Shown: positions 22,509 to 35,789, counted from the first letter of the whole stretch. The stretch is 62,240 bases of DNA, filler included, from Nemertoderma westbladi (GCA_032718475.1; 3 parts of 3 records of this genome joined end to end with filler, not necessarily neighbours in it); one strand, 5' to 3'. Notes: generated from the sequence alone by a model not told the origin. A program made the numbers and translations.

Positions 22509-23313
22509 TACTTAGTATCAACACGATGATGTAAACGATGCAATGCAAATAAAATAATAATTCATTTGCCATTGGTCGCGCCACTGTGTAATGACGTCAC
22601 AAATATCTCACACAATAATTTCGCAAATAAATAGCAAACATATAATACTGTATGTGTCATTAACATTAAGCAAAAACACCTTGTTATACATTACTGTTAT
22701 ATTACTTGAGTTGTTGTTTCAATTATGACGTCAATTATACGATATCCACTGTATGTATAGGCTATAGGCCTATCCTATCCTCCCACCCCAGTACAGGTTG
22801 ACCGGTCGGTCTCTTTTTATATCTACATGTTTGCAAGTTGAAATGCTGAGCCGAACCGGGTGAGGGTCGGCTTAGACACTGTTCGGGCAGCGCGGCCCAG
22901 CAAGACCTATAGACGTATGGCCTGGCCATGCTCCCTGCCTGGCTGTGTGAGATTAGCCTAGCCGCGTGCATATATGCGTGCATGTATGTGTGCATGTTAT
23001 TCGTGCAGGTATGCGTGAATGTATGCACATTTGTCTCAACCAGTATGCACAGCACATATGCTTGGCTCGGTATGGGACTCAGTCTCATATTAATCTCCAT
23101 AGGCTAACATTATAGTTTGAAATGTAAAAATCACTGCTCTCTGTCAGACTCCCCTTCAAAACATTGGCAATCATTAATCCTACTGCAAGTTTGTAATTTG
23201 TTGCACGCCAGAAGATGGGCCCTCTCACATACTCACTGAATCGAATGAAAGATATATTAATTTCTATTAGCTTAAGGTGAGCTTAATTAGCTTAATTGTG
23301 TGACTGAGTAAGG

Positions 23314-25524
23314 TGTTACGGTATATGGCGCTGTATCCATATTATTAGTCATCATGCAGTATGCAATATTAGTCCGTTATGCAGTATGCAATATTAGTCC
23401 GTTATACTGTACGTAATATTAGTCCGTTGTGCAGCATAATATTTTAGATAAGGCATAATGACGCAATGATATTTAGATAGGGAAATCGGAACACCCATAT
23501 AGTTGAATCCATTCATTTTGTATAGTATGTAGCCCTACCTACGTAATTTTGTATTAGGTTATATGTAGATAGTTCCAGGGTAAGTTTATTCGGACCCTGG
23601 ATTCCGTGCTTGCTGATATTAGCTTTAGTAGGGCTAGCATATAGGGACGCCGTCCTGGCCATTCAGTAGCCAGAGACGTGAACCATTACCATATATGGTA
23701 ATAATTTGAGCAATAGGGCTACAATCCGGCCTCCTTATTGGATTAACTGCTTCCAGGTTGGTCTAATGCTAGCATGGACTGGAGAGCCAATAGGAGAGCG
23801 ATTGAGTCACCCTATTGCATCATCCCACCCGGATCACCTATAAATTGGCGGTGTGCCGGTAGAGCCTGTTATCAATCTCTCACTCACATGACACATTCTC
23901 ACTGCTGTTGAGCTGTCTCTAATTTTGTATTAGGATATCGTACTTTCTGCAATTTGCTAATTTGATTTTTTTTCGTGAAATGATTTGCTAGTGCGATTAC
24001 TTGCTTGTGTTTCTCAATAATTCCTTCGATTACTGCTAATTACAATTGAACTATGATTTCTACTCTTTGATTAATGGTTCTATGTGATTCTTTTCTGCGC
24101 AATAATCCTAAGGGATTTCTGAGACTGTCAGACTTTGTGATTTGCATGCGCCGCTACGGTAGCTATTAGCATAATGGAGGGCTAAGGTGCCAGTGGGCGG
24201 TGGGCACATCGGGAGGTTGGGCGACTAAGGGAGAGCGGAGGATTCAAAAGCGGGCAACGCTGGCGGGGGTCAACGTTGCGGTCGGGCAGTTTGGACTGTG
24301 GGTTGGAGACCGCTCGCCGGTACAGTAATTAGGGGGCTGATGATCCAAGGTTTTGTCTCTATTTAGTATTAGGGGGCAGGAATTGGGTTAGTTAGGAAGC
24401 CTAGATGTACCCGGGAGGGGCCTGCATACCTTACAGTAAGTAAGGGGGTAAGTACGTAAGTAAGTTGCGAATTATATAATTGCAGATTGTATAATTGCAA
24501 GTCGTGCTATTGTGATCCGTGATTGCTGACTCTGATTGATGTGTTACTAAAGTGTGCCTAAGATTACGAATGCTTAGATAGGCGCTCTTTTCCCTTTGAT
24601 TGATTTCTATCTCTTAGTTTACTGTAAATAATTACTGATTAGGTCAAAGTAATACAGTATTTTAGGCTGTTACATATTTGTGACTGTAATTAATTAGTAA
24701 AATTAAGAATTAGTACGCAGCATAGCGGAGAGTAGCTAAGGTAATAATTAGAGTACCGTAAACTATTCACGCTGAGCGGTTATTTGAATTAGCGGGCAAT
24801 AAACTAGATCGCAATAGTTACTACGCAAGACACTAGTAAGTTGCTGGCCTAAAGCCAGCTGCAGGCAAGTTTAGACCCAGAGCGGTAACACCTACGAAAG
24901 ACATTGTACTGTATCATTTTGATTATTTTAAATATTCTCGCATTCACACATTCCGTTAGGGAACCCTCAGTATTCGCGATTAGAAAAGACGTAAGCATTG
25001 GCGTATTTCAGTAGTAAAATTAGGCGTAAGAATATACTCTGAGTGCAAAGCCCCTCGCACTCGTCTTAAGTAAGCTTAGGGAGCCGACTCGGGTTTATTG
25101 TTTTGGTTATTCCCGCGTGGCTCATAGATTCGAACAGTTAGCTCTCTATCGAGCGATCGGTAGAGAAAGGAACAAGCGATTTTGCAGGAGTAGTGTAAAA
25201 TTAGTAAAATATATTAGTGGACGGCAGATTAGCGCCATCTAACGGTAAGTAGCGGTTTTGTATTTAGCAACCCTTACAATTTAGTAATAGCACACTCCTG
25301 ATCCCCTTTACTTAACAGTAGAGCAGTCTTTGTGTCTTATTGGTTAGGCGAGAGCTCATTAGGTTGGCAGAGAGGTATACGGGTATTTGTCTGTTCAACA
25401 GTTCTGCTGTTAGTATAGGTGTCGCGGTTGTTTATCAGTAATACGCGCATTATTGGCTGTTGCTTGCGGCAGTCAATAGTGTATTCTTAGGCTGATAGTA
25501 GTATCACAGTATTAAGTAATAAGT
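23314..25524 (+). mobile_element. LTR-like non-coding segment starting TGTTACG, running into the gap
   Basis: TG start, 23-bp tandem repeats (AATATTAGTCCGTTATGCAGTAT) near the start, TATAAA at ~23839, and no ORF. No TSD or PBS confirmed. Confidence 0.3.
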
Positions 25525-25624
25525 NNNNNNNNNNNNNNNNNNNNNNNNNNNNNNNNNNNNNNNNNNNNTTAATTAATTAANNNNNNNNNNNNNNNNNNNN
25601 NNNNNNNNNNNNNNNNNNNNNNNN
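25525..25624. other. Assembly gap, 100 bp with TTAATTAATTAA six-frame stop linker
   Basis: N44-TTAATTAATTAA-N44. Confidence 0.97.
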
Positions 25625-25804
25625 GCTAGGGTACAGCAATCAGCTATTGGTGGCAGTTGGGATATACCGTAATAGACCGCAATAATGTGTATTACTTGAG
25701 TTAGTTGTTTGTAGTACCGTATAGGTATAGTTCCATCATGTACAGCATCCACTCATGCAGCAGACGCCATGGTCCTGGTCCACCATACCAGGTGATGCGG
25801 AGTA

Positions 25805-26426
25805 AGTTGTAATCCACCACGAGTTAGGGCTTGGGTAAATATATTATCCTCCTCTTAAATATCACCTGTGATGTCTAACTCTGGGATTACCTTTACCAGG
25901 AATCCTGCGACGTATCCAGCTGCCTGAAACTCATCATAACTGACTTCAATATCCACAAAAATGTCAGTACGCGACCGTATCCTGCAATTCCCTTTAGCCA
26001 CGTAGAAACAACAGGCAGGCAGGTTCAGTCAGCTGCAAAAAGCCCCCAATTAAATCTCACTCCATGCACTCATTGAGTAACTGAAGTTGGCGTTCCTCAA
26101 TGGGAGGGATGTCTCGTGGAGTGGGGGGGTCGCGCCGGAACTCACAATAAGGGAAGTCCAGGGAAGTATAACGGAATATTGTTGGTCGCAAGGAACCGCC
26201 AGGGACTTTCTTGTGCGGAATTCCCTTGGAAAACTCTGGCCACTGTTGAGTACAAATGACGGCAGTGCTTCCATACTTAAACAGAGAGCCGTCATCTGCA
26301 TTGCATCGTGGTAGCGCGGCGATCCACTGATCTCGTTCGGCCATCGACAGGAGGAAGTTTCACTACACGAACGGGATTTCCTGCGTAATTGCCGTCGCAG
26401 CCAAATACGCAACAATAATTAGGCAT
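25805..26426 (-). pseudogene. Internally deleted P element: THAP domain joined to the transposase C-terminus
   Basis: MPNYCCVFGCDGNY...VVKLP / ERDQWIAALPR...VICTQQW is a frameshifted THAP domain. It is followed by AAGYVAGFLVK...FTQALTRGGLQL, the P-type C-terminal YIAGY/SRGGL motifs. Confidence 0.72.
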
Positions 26427-27539
26427 AATAATAATAAATAACTTGTTCTGTTGGTAGTTTAGCCTAATGTTGTAATACATACGGCACCTTACATACCTAC
26501 CTACCAGCCTATAACAGTATACCGGTAGTAATTGATTTAATTACTACCAAATGGTACCACCTAGGCCTACCTGTACCGGAACGGTCGCGGTACCGTACCG
26601 GTAGCATCATACGAGTACGGGCTACCACTGAACCAGAGTAGGGCCATACAGCCGTCCAGTTGAATGTACTGTAACTAGACTATCTGACTTTCTAACTGTA
26701 CTATTCCCATATACCAGAGGTAGCGGTAGGACTATAATACAGCTATAAGGCTATAACTATTCATTCTACGGTAGTACAGTAGTAGGCTATTCAGGTAGTA
26801 CAGCTTACAGCAGTATGAAATTAATGGACTTCGCTAGCGAAGTCGGATCAGGCAGTGTGCCAGTCCTGTAGTATAGTAGTCCTTGGTTTAAACATATTAG
26901 TTATAGTTTAATTGTCGATACTATAAAATTGCAGATGTTTCGGTAGTAAATGGTCTTAATAAAGTACAATTTAGGCAATACTTAGGATAGCATTAATAGG
27001 TAGCATATTTTCATTCAATGATAATTTATATAAACAGTTAGATTGACTTGCTAGGGGTTCCCCGCTTTGTGTAGTTGTTGCTAGCGCCTTCCTTTCCTGC
27101 CATGAATTCCGCTGGTTAGATAAATGTCCTTACATTATTTAAACCCTTTTTCTACCGTAGATATATGGACGATACTGTACTTTCGTCATTTTTGATACTC
27201 TTAATAAAGCTAAAAGCTTTATGGAATATTTAAATCGCCAACACCCAAATATTAAATTTACGATGGAATGTGAAAATAATAACCATTTCTCTTTAGATAT
27301 TATATTAGATATATATACATTTTATATATTACTTTAGATATATATTATCTTAGATGTTTTTGAAACATCAGTATACCGTAAGCCAATTAGTTCAGCTTAT
27401 AATAGGCCTACAAACTATCATAGTTTTATTCCTTTCCAATTTAAATTCGGTTTATTATTAACCCTTATATATATATATTATTTCTAGAATTTTTAGAATA
27501 TTTTCTAGCTATATTCTGTTTTCCAAAGAAGTACATTGT

Positions 27540-28042
27540 CTTATACATGGAGACATGGCAACTGCTAATCCATTTTTAAGGCGCCACCATTAAAAATATA
27601 GAGGGTCATATTGACAATATATTTGGAATGTTTCATGAATTTAGCCCAAGGGGAAGACGTATTTGGCAATGGTTAAGAAAACTATTAATATTTGCAAAAA
27701 TTCACCTAAATTTGCAGTAAAAACGACATTTAAAAACGTATTTCGAACAGTTGCCATGGTAACGTGTAACTAAAATCTACCTCAATGGATGCTCTGATTC
27801 CGGTTTAGGGGGGGGGGGGGGGGGGGGGGGGGGTCAAGGTTAGAATTCTGTAGAGTCAATACAAAGTGGTGTTTTGCAAATGACCCCCTGTTGCCATGGT
27901 GGAACGGGACCCAATAATTTGCTTGCTTGGCATCAGACGGATTCGGAATCAGCACACTCGATTTAGCTTAAAACCATTGGATGCCAGCCATTACCCAAAT
28001 TTGCCTTCGCCATCATTATTTCGGCAAAGAGGAACCAGACTA
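27540..28042. mobile_element. Non-autonomous insertion inside Penelope, possible Academ-type end
   Basis: It interrupts Penelope coding between SKEV and NGYP. The right end GGAACCAGACTA reads TAGTCTGGTTCC on the minus strand. The left end is unclear. Confidence 0.4.
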
Positions 28043-28384
28043 TTAGAGATACCTTACATAAGAATGAATGGCTATCCATTGTAGCTTATTGATAGTACTT
28101 TAAGAAACTTTCTTTCTGGAATATTCAAACCTCCTGATACTAATATTTCTAAAATAGTTCAGAAATGCGTGTGATAAACCTTATTTTGCCTTTTACTGGT
28201 GGTTCACACGGTTTTATAGTTAAAGTAATTTAGTCAGACATCATACCTTCCTACCTACCGATACCCCTACAGCTTTTTGTAAAATCTGATTTATTTATTT
28301 GTTTTTTCTGCGCACTTGTTACTTACTACTGTACTTATTTTGTTTTATATTGTAATATTTTTGTGCTTACATTCAATTATTGCA

Positions 28385-28420
28385 CGGATAATAGTAAATG
28401 ATTTCTACCGAAACGTCTGT
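28385..28420 (+). ncRNA. Degenerate hammerhead ribozyme core in the Penelope pLTR
   Basis: CGGATAA (vs CTGATGA) - imperfect stem II - GAAAC, at the position where Penelope elements carry hammerheads. The core is mutated. Confidence 0.4.
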
Positions 28421-29605
28421 AGTTTTATTTTTTTTTTTTTCAAGGTGCACCCCTAAACGGGGTAAAATAGTCAAGTAGACAGTACCGACCACCGTTCAAA
28501 TTGGGTATGACTGCAGTTTTTTTTGCTGAAAGTGTTAACTTGTATAAACCATTTGAAATTATGTTATATTTCACATAGTCCGCATTGAGCAATTTTTTCT
28601 AGAACACTATTTATCTTAACGACAGATGTTTTACATAGCAACAATAATTAATTAACACGCAGGGGTATATTTATCTATTTAGACACTGGTCAATCATAAA
28701 TAAGGAGAAACCAAGCTCGAGAAAATAAAAATGTAAGGAATAAGGATTATGTTTGCAGTTATGAGTTACAGATTTTTAACATTGCAGTGTTATGGCAAAC
28801 ACTGTTACTGGTAGTGAACTTGTAATACATACAAGGCTCGGTGTGCAATTTGTAGCTCATCACTGTGGCCAAGTAATGCACCGACATACCTGTCTGTCAG
28901 GAATATATGCTGTCAGCACCCGAACTCTCGCTAGACATGTATCCTCAAGAACTGGTGGATAATATGTTGGAAATATGTTAATTCGAATGTGGACTTTGTG
29001 GCCGACGCATTTTGGACAGAATGGCGCAGGTTTATCCTTTTCGAAGTACTGTAGCAGTGGTTAGCCAAACTGAGATGTTGTTTCTGTAAGGTGATGTTCG
29101 GTATTACCAGTGGACCGTGAAATAAAAGGTGAAAGACTGTCGATGAAACAACTTCTGCATTTGCAGTAATTAGTTTTAGTTGAATGTTTGATAATATATA
29201 TATTTACACGTTATCACTGTCCTTGTTCGCACACTTGCAATAAAAATTAAAAGCCCAATTTACAAATTGCTCCCACATCCAACCAAAGTTTGTAGGCTAT
29301 AGTGGCGGCTGCCGGCTGCATATTATCTACAGCCGCTCTCCAGAATAATACTTGCGAGCCCGCTCTTCTTATATTCATTCTTGACTGCTGCAGTTTCCTT
29401 TAATTCTAAATTTTACATCTGAAATAAATAATACTTTCATTATATTTTGTGCAAGATAATTCGCAATGCTAGGTTAGCTTTGCAAGAATTAAAAGTTCTA
29501 GGAATTCGAATAATATATCAATATCTGTGCATTATACAATAGTAAAAAAAGCCAATCAAACAGTCGGACTGAAGCATCTCTTCGAAGATAGGGAGGGCCT
29601 TTAGT

Positions 29606-29736
29606 CGCAATCAAAATTCATCCCACTCCAGGGAAAAATCGACGCAAATAACAGCTGGTTACTCCCAAAAATAAAACTGTAACCTGTTCTGTTGACTTTC
29701 GTTTATCTATTTGGTTAGAATAACGTGCCACTATAA
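29606..29736. repeat. Dispersed ~130-bp repeat, Kolobok-like terminus (copy 2)
   Basis: Matches 18321-18451 and ends AATAACGTGCCACTATAA. Confidence 0.5.
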
Positions 29737-29869
29737 CATGCATCTGTCTCCCTCTTCAGTAGCTGCTACCCGAAGGTATGACTGGTGCTACTCGTATCCC
29801 AAGGTTTGTTCCCAGTAATTCAACAGGTACGCATTTTATCGACCCCAGTGAATGAAAAAAGGTCGAGCA

Positions 29870-30783
29870 GAATGAGAACCAACCTGTTGAAACTTAGAAA
29901 GACACTAAATATTGCTACAATGAACGCACGCACTCTAAAACTGCTTAGCAAACATTATTGCAGCTCTGGCAATGGAATATTACATCGACATCATTTGTAT
30001 TCAAGAATATCAGATTAGTCATGAGCCATCAAGTATAATGAATGACATTTGAAATGGACGTTTATAACGTCCATCCACTTCCAGTCTGCAAATTCAGCAG
30101 AAAGCAATTCGGTCAAAGTTTCAATTGGTTGAGTATGAATTCTCCTAAGTCCATTTACACTTCTGACACTAAACCCCATCGAATATAAAAATTCCAGGAT
30201 CATAAACTAATATAATGGCATTTAACTGCGAGGCATACAGTAGTCAGCTCGTTCAACCTAATTTGTTCGGACCAGACCAGACTGCAGAGCTCAGACTCAG
30301 TTTGAGAGCCAGTACACTCAGGACAAGCAAGCGAATCAACTATGACTGGGAGAAACTCAGAACTGACAATGCAGTAAAGGAAGCTCACACAGTAAAAAGT
30401 TCAAAATCGCAAGAGAGAAAAGATATTAAGATACTCCTACTCCAAAGTAAAAACTGAACAGCCGAAAACATCAACAAGGTTGAAAAACAACTAGGCACCT
30501 GCCGAACTCCAAAGAAGTATTAAAAGCATGTCCAATTATAAAGCGAGTGGATTAGGTGAAATCCCATGAGTGCTAAAAAGACAATTTTCGGATGATTGCA
30601 ACCGGATGTTAAAAGGGGAAAATCCACCACCAATTTGGACTAAATGTCAACTAAAGCCTCTCCCCAAGAAAGAAAGGCGACCTCGGTATACCAACAAACT
30701 ATCGTGGGATCTGTCTGCTTGTGGTAGCTGCCAAAATATACAATAAAATGATTCTATATAGGATTAGGCCTCACATAGAGAAT
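29870..30783 (+). pseudogene. Degraded RTE-clade LINE (APE start and RT start)
   Basis: LNIATMNARTL and KPLPKK/GDLGIPTNYRGICLLVVAAKIYNKMILYRIRPHIE. Confidence 0.75.
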
Positions 30784-31285
30784 GTTGCTCTTTTATGTTG
30801 CGTTTTATAAATAAATACAGTTGAAAAAATATTTCTATCATACCAAAAACATCTGCCATATTTTAAAATAAATAAATAAAATCTGAAATATTTAAAAAAA
30901 AATACAATAATATTGTATAAATGTTGGGTAACGGCAATATGTTCCAGAACCTTTATATTTATTTATTTATTTATTTATTTATTTCGTACATATTAAATTG
31001 CATTACATCAACTAATAGTACAGCATACATAGTGGAAAAGCACAAGAATATGAATATGAGCCTAACTAACTACTGTAGTACAATATTGAATATATATATA
31101 ATGCTAATTACGTAGTACAACTAAATATCAATATAACGATCGCCTAGTTCAACTAGTAAATAGTTACAAAGTGTTTACAATAATTACAAATTAGATCAAA
31201 TCGATATACATTTACAATCGTTGTATCACATATGAAAAATTGAAAAATCCTATTTAAATTATAATTTCGGGATTATTTCTAAAGG

Positions 31286-34200
31286 TTACGAAGCACATAT
31301 ATAATTTAAAATATCATTAAGTTCCTCTGTGGAGAAACCTGGTACGAATAAATCGTCCTCCCCATGTTTACAATTGACCAATTCACGACAAAGGTTAATA
31401 TATGGTAAATTAGAATCATTTACAAACCAAGAAATATTATTGCACATTGTCGCTGTCACACAATGAATAGCTACAATACATTTATTGGCGATACGCTTAA
31501 GATTCGTACCACTAATCGACCTACAGTCGTATAATGTAAGATTTGCAAGAAAACGAATACTAGGTTTTGCGCAATTAGAAATTGATGTGGCAAAATTAAC
31601 AAAGCGGCTGCATAACATCGTCATAGGATACGGAAAATCTGAAAGCCCCTCAACAAAAAATCTGTGTGTATTGTAAGATAATTTCCAGGTTAAACGAAAG
31701 TTAATATTCCAACTAGTAATCAGCTTATGACAACTATCACTCCAAATATCCCATAGATTACTACCGTAGAAACTTGTAGCAAAAATGCGCTGAATTTTAC
31801 AGATACTGTGTGGATGAGCAAAGCTAAATTCACGTCTAATACAATTCAATTTACCTATAAATTTACCTCTTTTACTTAAAATATCTTTATAGAATTTGCC
31901 CTCAAAATCAAAAATGTTTCCCAAATGTGTCGCTTCTTTAACCCATGGTAAAATAATGTTACGAATACGAACAGTAGCTACTGGGACATTCCAACTGAAA
32001 TCAAAAGGGATGCACTTCGATTTACTTTTAACCGCGTCACGGTTGGTACTAAACGACATATGAAATTCTTCAGCAAACGTGACACATATATTTAACATCT
32101 GTTGCAACCCTTTAATTGACGGGCACACTAAGAAAATATCGTCAGCGTATACGAACACACCTACAAATCTGGACGCAATGTGACAACCAAGGCCACTGGC
32201 TCTAAGTTTAATAATTAATTTGTTTATAATAACACAAAACAAAATCGGCGAAGCCACTGAACCTTGTCTGACACCATTGCCAATACTGAAAGTTCTAGAA
32301 CATGTTGAACCCCACTTGACAAAACAACATTGACCATTATACATAAATAATAATGTACGCAAAAACAATGGAGAAAACCCTTTATTGAAAAGTTCTAGGA
32401 ATAACGACTTCCATTCAATCATATCAAATGCCTTAGTTAAATCTAATAAGCATCCAAAAACGGGGGTGGAAAATCTACGATAAAATGCAATTGTTTCCTT
32501 AGCAGCCCAAGTACACATGGAGGTACTCGAGTTACGCTGAAAGCCAAATTGCAATTCATCAAGATCGAATGCATCACCTTGTGACAATAACATTACCCAT
32601 TCGAATACTTTAACTAATAGTGATGAAATCGCAATAGCACGGTAATTGGCTGAATTTGAAATACTCCCTAACTTATCTTTAATTAAAGGTACCAAAGCAA
32701 ATTTCAATAAAAATAATGGTACATAACCATGCAACAAAAATGAGTTAAATAAACACGAAAGATGTATAGCCAAATCAGAGTTAGCATTCTTTAAGCAGTC
32801 CGAATTAAAATCGGATTCTACATCAGATTTAGCAACCTTTAGCTTATTCAGAGCTAATGATACTAAGTGTGGCGTAATAATATCGCGTTCATTCCTACTA
32901 TAATTATGTAACACTTCATTAATTTTATATTCAATGGATGAAGTATCTGACTCATAACCCTGGTTAAATAAATTCGTATAAATCGAAGCAAAGTGATTCG
33001 CAATATCAACATTATCAGTAACCCCATCTACATTAGAACTACAATTATTAGAATTAATACCACGCAATTTATTAATTATTGAAAATAAATTAGAACTGGG
33101 ATCGTTAAGACACGCATGTAACAATTTATCTTTATTTATTGTATCCACCTGGCGTTGTAAACGCCGAACAGCATACTGGTACTGCGCTCTAGATGAACGC
33201 TGCATGTGGAATAAGTTGCCTACCGAAGCATTCGGACGTCCGGCAGAGACCCAAACGCTATGCCAAAAAATGGCTTCTTCACGGAAAGGCCAAACGTGTT
33301 CGTTACAGCCCGGTAATGTAAAATTTGCATTCGCATGGTCATTTGACCCACCGGCTTGCGGCAAAACTCCAGCGGCTTCATTTAAAGCATTAACAATATC
33401 ATTAGCATACTCATCAATATTAGATATATGTAAGGGGTTTACACACAAAACATTACTGCATGAATTACAATGCAAATTAAGACTACTTAACCGGTTACTC
33501 AATGTCTGCTTAAATAAATCCTGCTGATCACTGTTAGCACAAGAGAAATTCGGTTTCGCCCGAACATTTCTCGGAACCGTGTTATCAACAAGTAAATTAA
33601 CATTAAACTTAAAATATACCGGGCTATGGTCTGAAAGGTTGGCACCGGAATGGACAACGCCGGCCTCAAAACTCGCATCTAAAACAGTATCTGAGACCAA
33701 AAAATGGTCCAATGTCGATATTGAGATAGTATTATCAGTCTCATATAAATACGTGTAATCAACATCATACTTATCCCATGCCACATTTAAATTATAATCT
33801 CGAACTAAGTTACGCAGCAGATTTACATGTGCTGTTTGGGGTGCAAAGTCAGCATTGAAGTCTCCCGTTAAAATTACATTACTTGTATCTGAGACTCTAA
33901 TAATGTCTGTAATATCATTGCACATAGTTAGAAATTCATCGGAAACCGTATCAACATGCTTTGTATCAACAGGAAAATAACAGTTAAACAGAAGCTTATC
34001 CCTACAATTTGGGAATGAAAGTTTAATAGCTTGAAACCGCCTATTATTAGTTTCTATATTAATTACGTATTTTGATATCGATTTCCGAATTAAAAAGCAC
34101 AAACCTGCAATTGGCCTACCGGATTGACCAGTTGCATTGTTATCAGCATAGTAAGCGGGTAGAAAATGACAATTAAAATCCTGCTTAAACCACCGTTTTA

Positions 34201-34369
34201 AGTAATTTGCATTATCCTTAAGTACAAAGTGTTCTTGAATACAGAAAATATCAGCACTGGTAGCTAAAAACTTGGCGAATTCAGCTTTGTCGCTGGAGAA
34301 ACCTCTGCTGTTATAAGATATAATATTAAACTTACTACCATTTTGGGATTGACCAGAGTCCAAGGCCAT
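31286..34369 (-). CDS. LINE ORF2: APE endonuclease and reverse transcriptase, intact 1027 aa
   Basis: SYNSRG, CIQEH, GDFNA, LDHF and SDH (APE); NYRAI, QFGF, DLTKAFD, GVRQG, YADD and HLG (RT); FYGSNLW. Confidence 0.95.
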   Translation of the reverse strand: MALDSGQSQNGSKFNIISYNSRGFSSDKAEFAKFLATSADIFCIQEHFVLKDNANYLKRWFKQDFNCHFLPAYYADNNATGQSGRPIAGLCFLIRKSISKYVINIETNNRRFQAIKLSFPNCRDKLLFNCYFPVDTKHVDTVSDEFLTMCNDITDIIRVSDTSNVILTGDFNADFAPQTAHVNLLRNLVRDYNLNVAWDKYDVDYTYLYETDNTISISTLDHFLVSDTVLDASFEAGVVHSGANLSDHSPVYFKFNVNLLVDNTVPRNVRAKPNFSCANSDQQDLFKQTLSNRLSSLNLHCNSCSNVLCVNPLHISNIDEYANDIVNALNEAAGVLPQAGGSNDHANANFTLPGCNEHVWPFREEAIFWHSVWVSAGRPNASVGNLFHMQRSSRAQYQYAVRRLQRQVDTINKDKLLHACLNDPSSNLFSIINKLRGINSNNCSSNVDGVTDNVDIANHFASIYTNLFNQGYESDTSSIEYKINEVLHNYSRNERDIITPHLVSLALNKLKVAKSDVESDFNSDCLKNANSDLAIHLSCLFNSFLLHGYVPLFLLKFALVPLIKDKLGSISNSANYRAIAISSLLVKVFEWVMLLSQGDAFDLDELQFGFQRNSSTSMCTWAAKETIAFYRRFSTPVFGCLLDLTKAFDMIEWKSLFLELFNKGFSPLFLRTLLFMYNGQCCFVKWGSTCSRTFSIGNGVRQGSVASPILFCVIINKLIIKLRASGLGCHIASRFVGVFVYADDIFLVCPSIKGLQQMLNICVTFAEEFHMSFSTNRDAVKSKSKCIPFDFSWNVPVATVRIRNIILPWVKEATHLGNIFDFEGKFYKDILSKRGKFIGKLNCIRREFSFAHPHSICKIQRIFATSFYGSNLWDIWSDSCHKLITSWNINFRLTWKLSYNTHRFFVEGLSDFPYPMTMLCSRFVNFATSISNCAKPSIRFLANLTLYDCRSISGTNLKRIANKCIVAIHCVTATMCNNISWFVNDSNLPYINLCRELVNCKHGEDDLFVPGFSTEELNDILNYICAS

Positions 34370-34384
34370 TGTGCAAGTTTCGAT

Positions 34385-35789
34385 TTACCGAGCGGGTCCA
34401 TAGGCATCTTCATTCCTCCTCTTTGAATAGTAGATCCACTTACGAACACAGGCCCCTGGAGGCCAGACAGCCGGATCTAGAGCAGACTCAATGAGATTGC
34501 TGGGGATAGAAACCCTGAAGCTAGCTAGCATTCTTGGAGTCCGCATTCAATATCTTCGTAACGCATTTCAGCAGAGTGATAATGTTGCTGGCGGCTAAAT
34601 CATCTACAATATCTTGTGGAGTAGTTGCTATATCCATCCTGAATACAAAGACTTCGGTTGGGGCAGCTTTTGACTTGAACGATTTACTAGTAGATCCGTT
34701 ACTCTGAGAGGTCCCGGATCTTCCTATCCCAACGATAAATTTAGGACGAGAACGACGCGGCTTGGGGAATTGAAACCCATCTTCGTCGACCTGTGGATAC
34801 GACTGCGATACAGCACCTCCTGTCTCCGTAGCAGATGGTGAGTGTCTGGGACGTTTAGCACTGCCTGGCTCCCTCCCCCGATTGCTTCCATCAGTACCAG
34901 TAGCGGAAACTTCCCCTTGAAAAGGTGATCCACCGGGGATACCGCCCCGGTCTGGTAAAGATCTCCTTGAAAGTCTCGGTGAAACACGGCTGGATGTAGT
35001 ACCTGTACCGGATACAACTTCGCGAAAAGAACGATTGGCCAATGGAGGGTTCATAGCCAATGGCGAGCGCGAACCTTGCGGCAGTAGCGAAGGAGGAGGG
35101 ATACCTGCATTATGATGCGATGTGCCGAGTACCGGTGCCGGGTTCGCCTGAGTCTGAATCTGAGACTCCATTTTCTTAAATCGATCAATCAGAGATTTCT
35201 GAAGGTCGTCCAATTTCCTATCGACCGTGGCGATTCTCTCTGTGATATCGATATCATTAGATAGAGAAGACTTACCGTTACCGGTAGGTAAACCGCTACG
35301 AGCCGCTACAGTAGGTAACTGTAGAACCTCCAACGCCTCTACAACGATAATTGGTAATTTACCTGAGACATCTAGTTCGTGGTATTTTTCTAGCAAGTCC
35401 CGCGTATTAGCAACTGCGGCGGATCTGTCCTTCGTATCCTTCCGATTAATGCATTCGGAATCGCAACCAATAAAACAAAATAACAAAAGTTTAGCTGAAT
35501 ATATCTCCTCAGCGAGGCAATTCTTCACCAAAACTTCTACTGAGACTTCATCTGTCTGTGACGATGTACATTGAACTAGAGTAGCAAGACAATTGTTCAT
35601 TATAACAGCAGTAGAAATACCGATACCGACACTAGCGATAGTTAACTGTTCACGGGCCGGTCCCGTTTGCGACTGGGAGGATGCAGTATCCATAGCCGCT
35701 TCATTCTCAATATCATTCCGAGGTGTGGAAAGCACACCCTGCAGTACGGGGTTAGCAGGAACGCCCCCACCAGGGTTAATGGTAGGCAT
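34385..35789 (-). pseudogene. LINE ORF1 (coiled coil plus RRM-like C-terminus) with a 4-bp duplication frameshift
   Basis: Probable start MPTINPGG. EVFVFRMD...NAS is followed by a CTAG duplication at 34521-34528. Removing it restores SFRVSIP...ALDPAVWPPGACVRKW to a stop at 34385. Confidence 0.8.

Larger units (their letters stand above)
26891..28428 (+). mobile_element. Degraded Penelope-like retroelement with inverted partial pLTR
   Basis: FYRRYMDDT, YLNRQHPNIKFTMECE, TSVYRKP and NGYP motifs. 26891-26952 is the reverse complement of the 3' motif CTACCGAAACRTCTGYARTTTTAT at 28405-28428. Confidence 0.78.

Noticed and set aside
23311-24893. AGGTGTTAC...GTAACACCT as the ends of a solo LTR or TIR element
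   Set aside because: The match is only 9 bp, there is no TSD, and similar sequence continues to the gap.
25569-25580. TTAATTAATTAA palindrome inside N runs (also 50812-50823)
   Set aside because: It is an artificial six-frame stop linker. Adjacency across the gaps is also unreliable.
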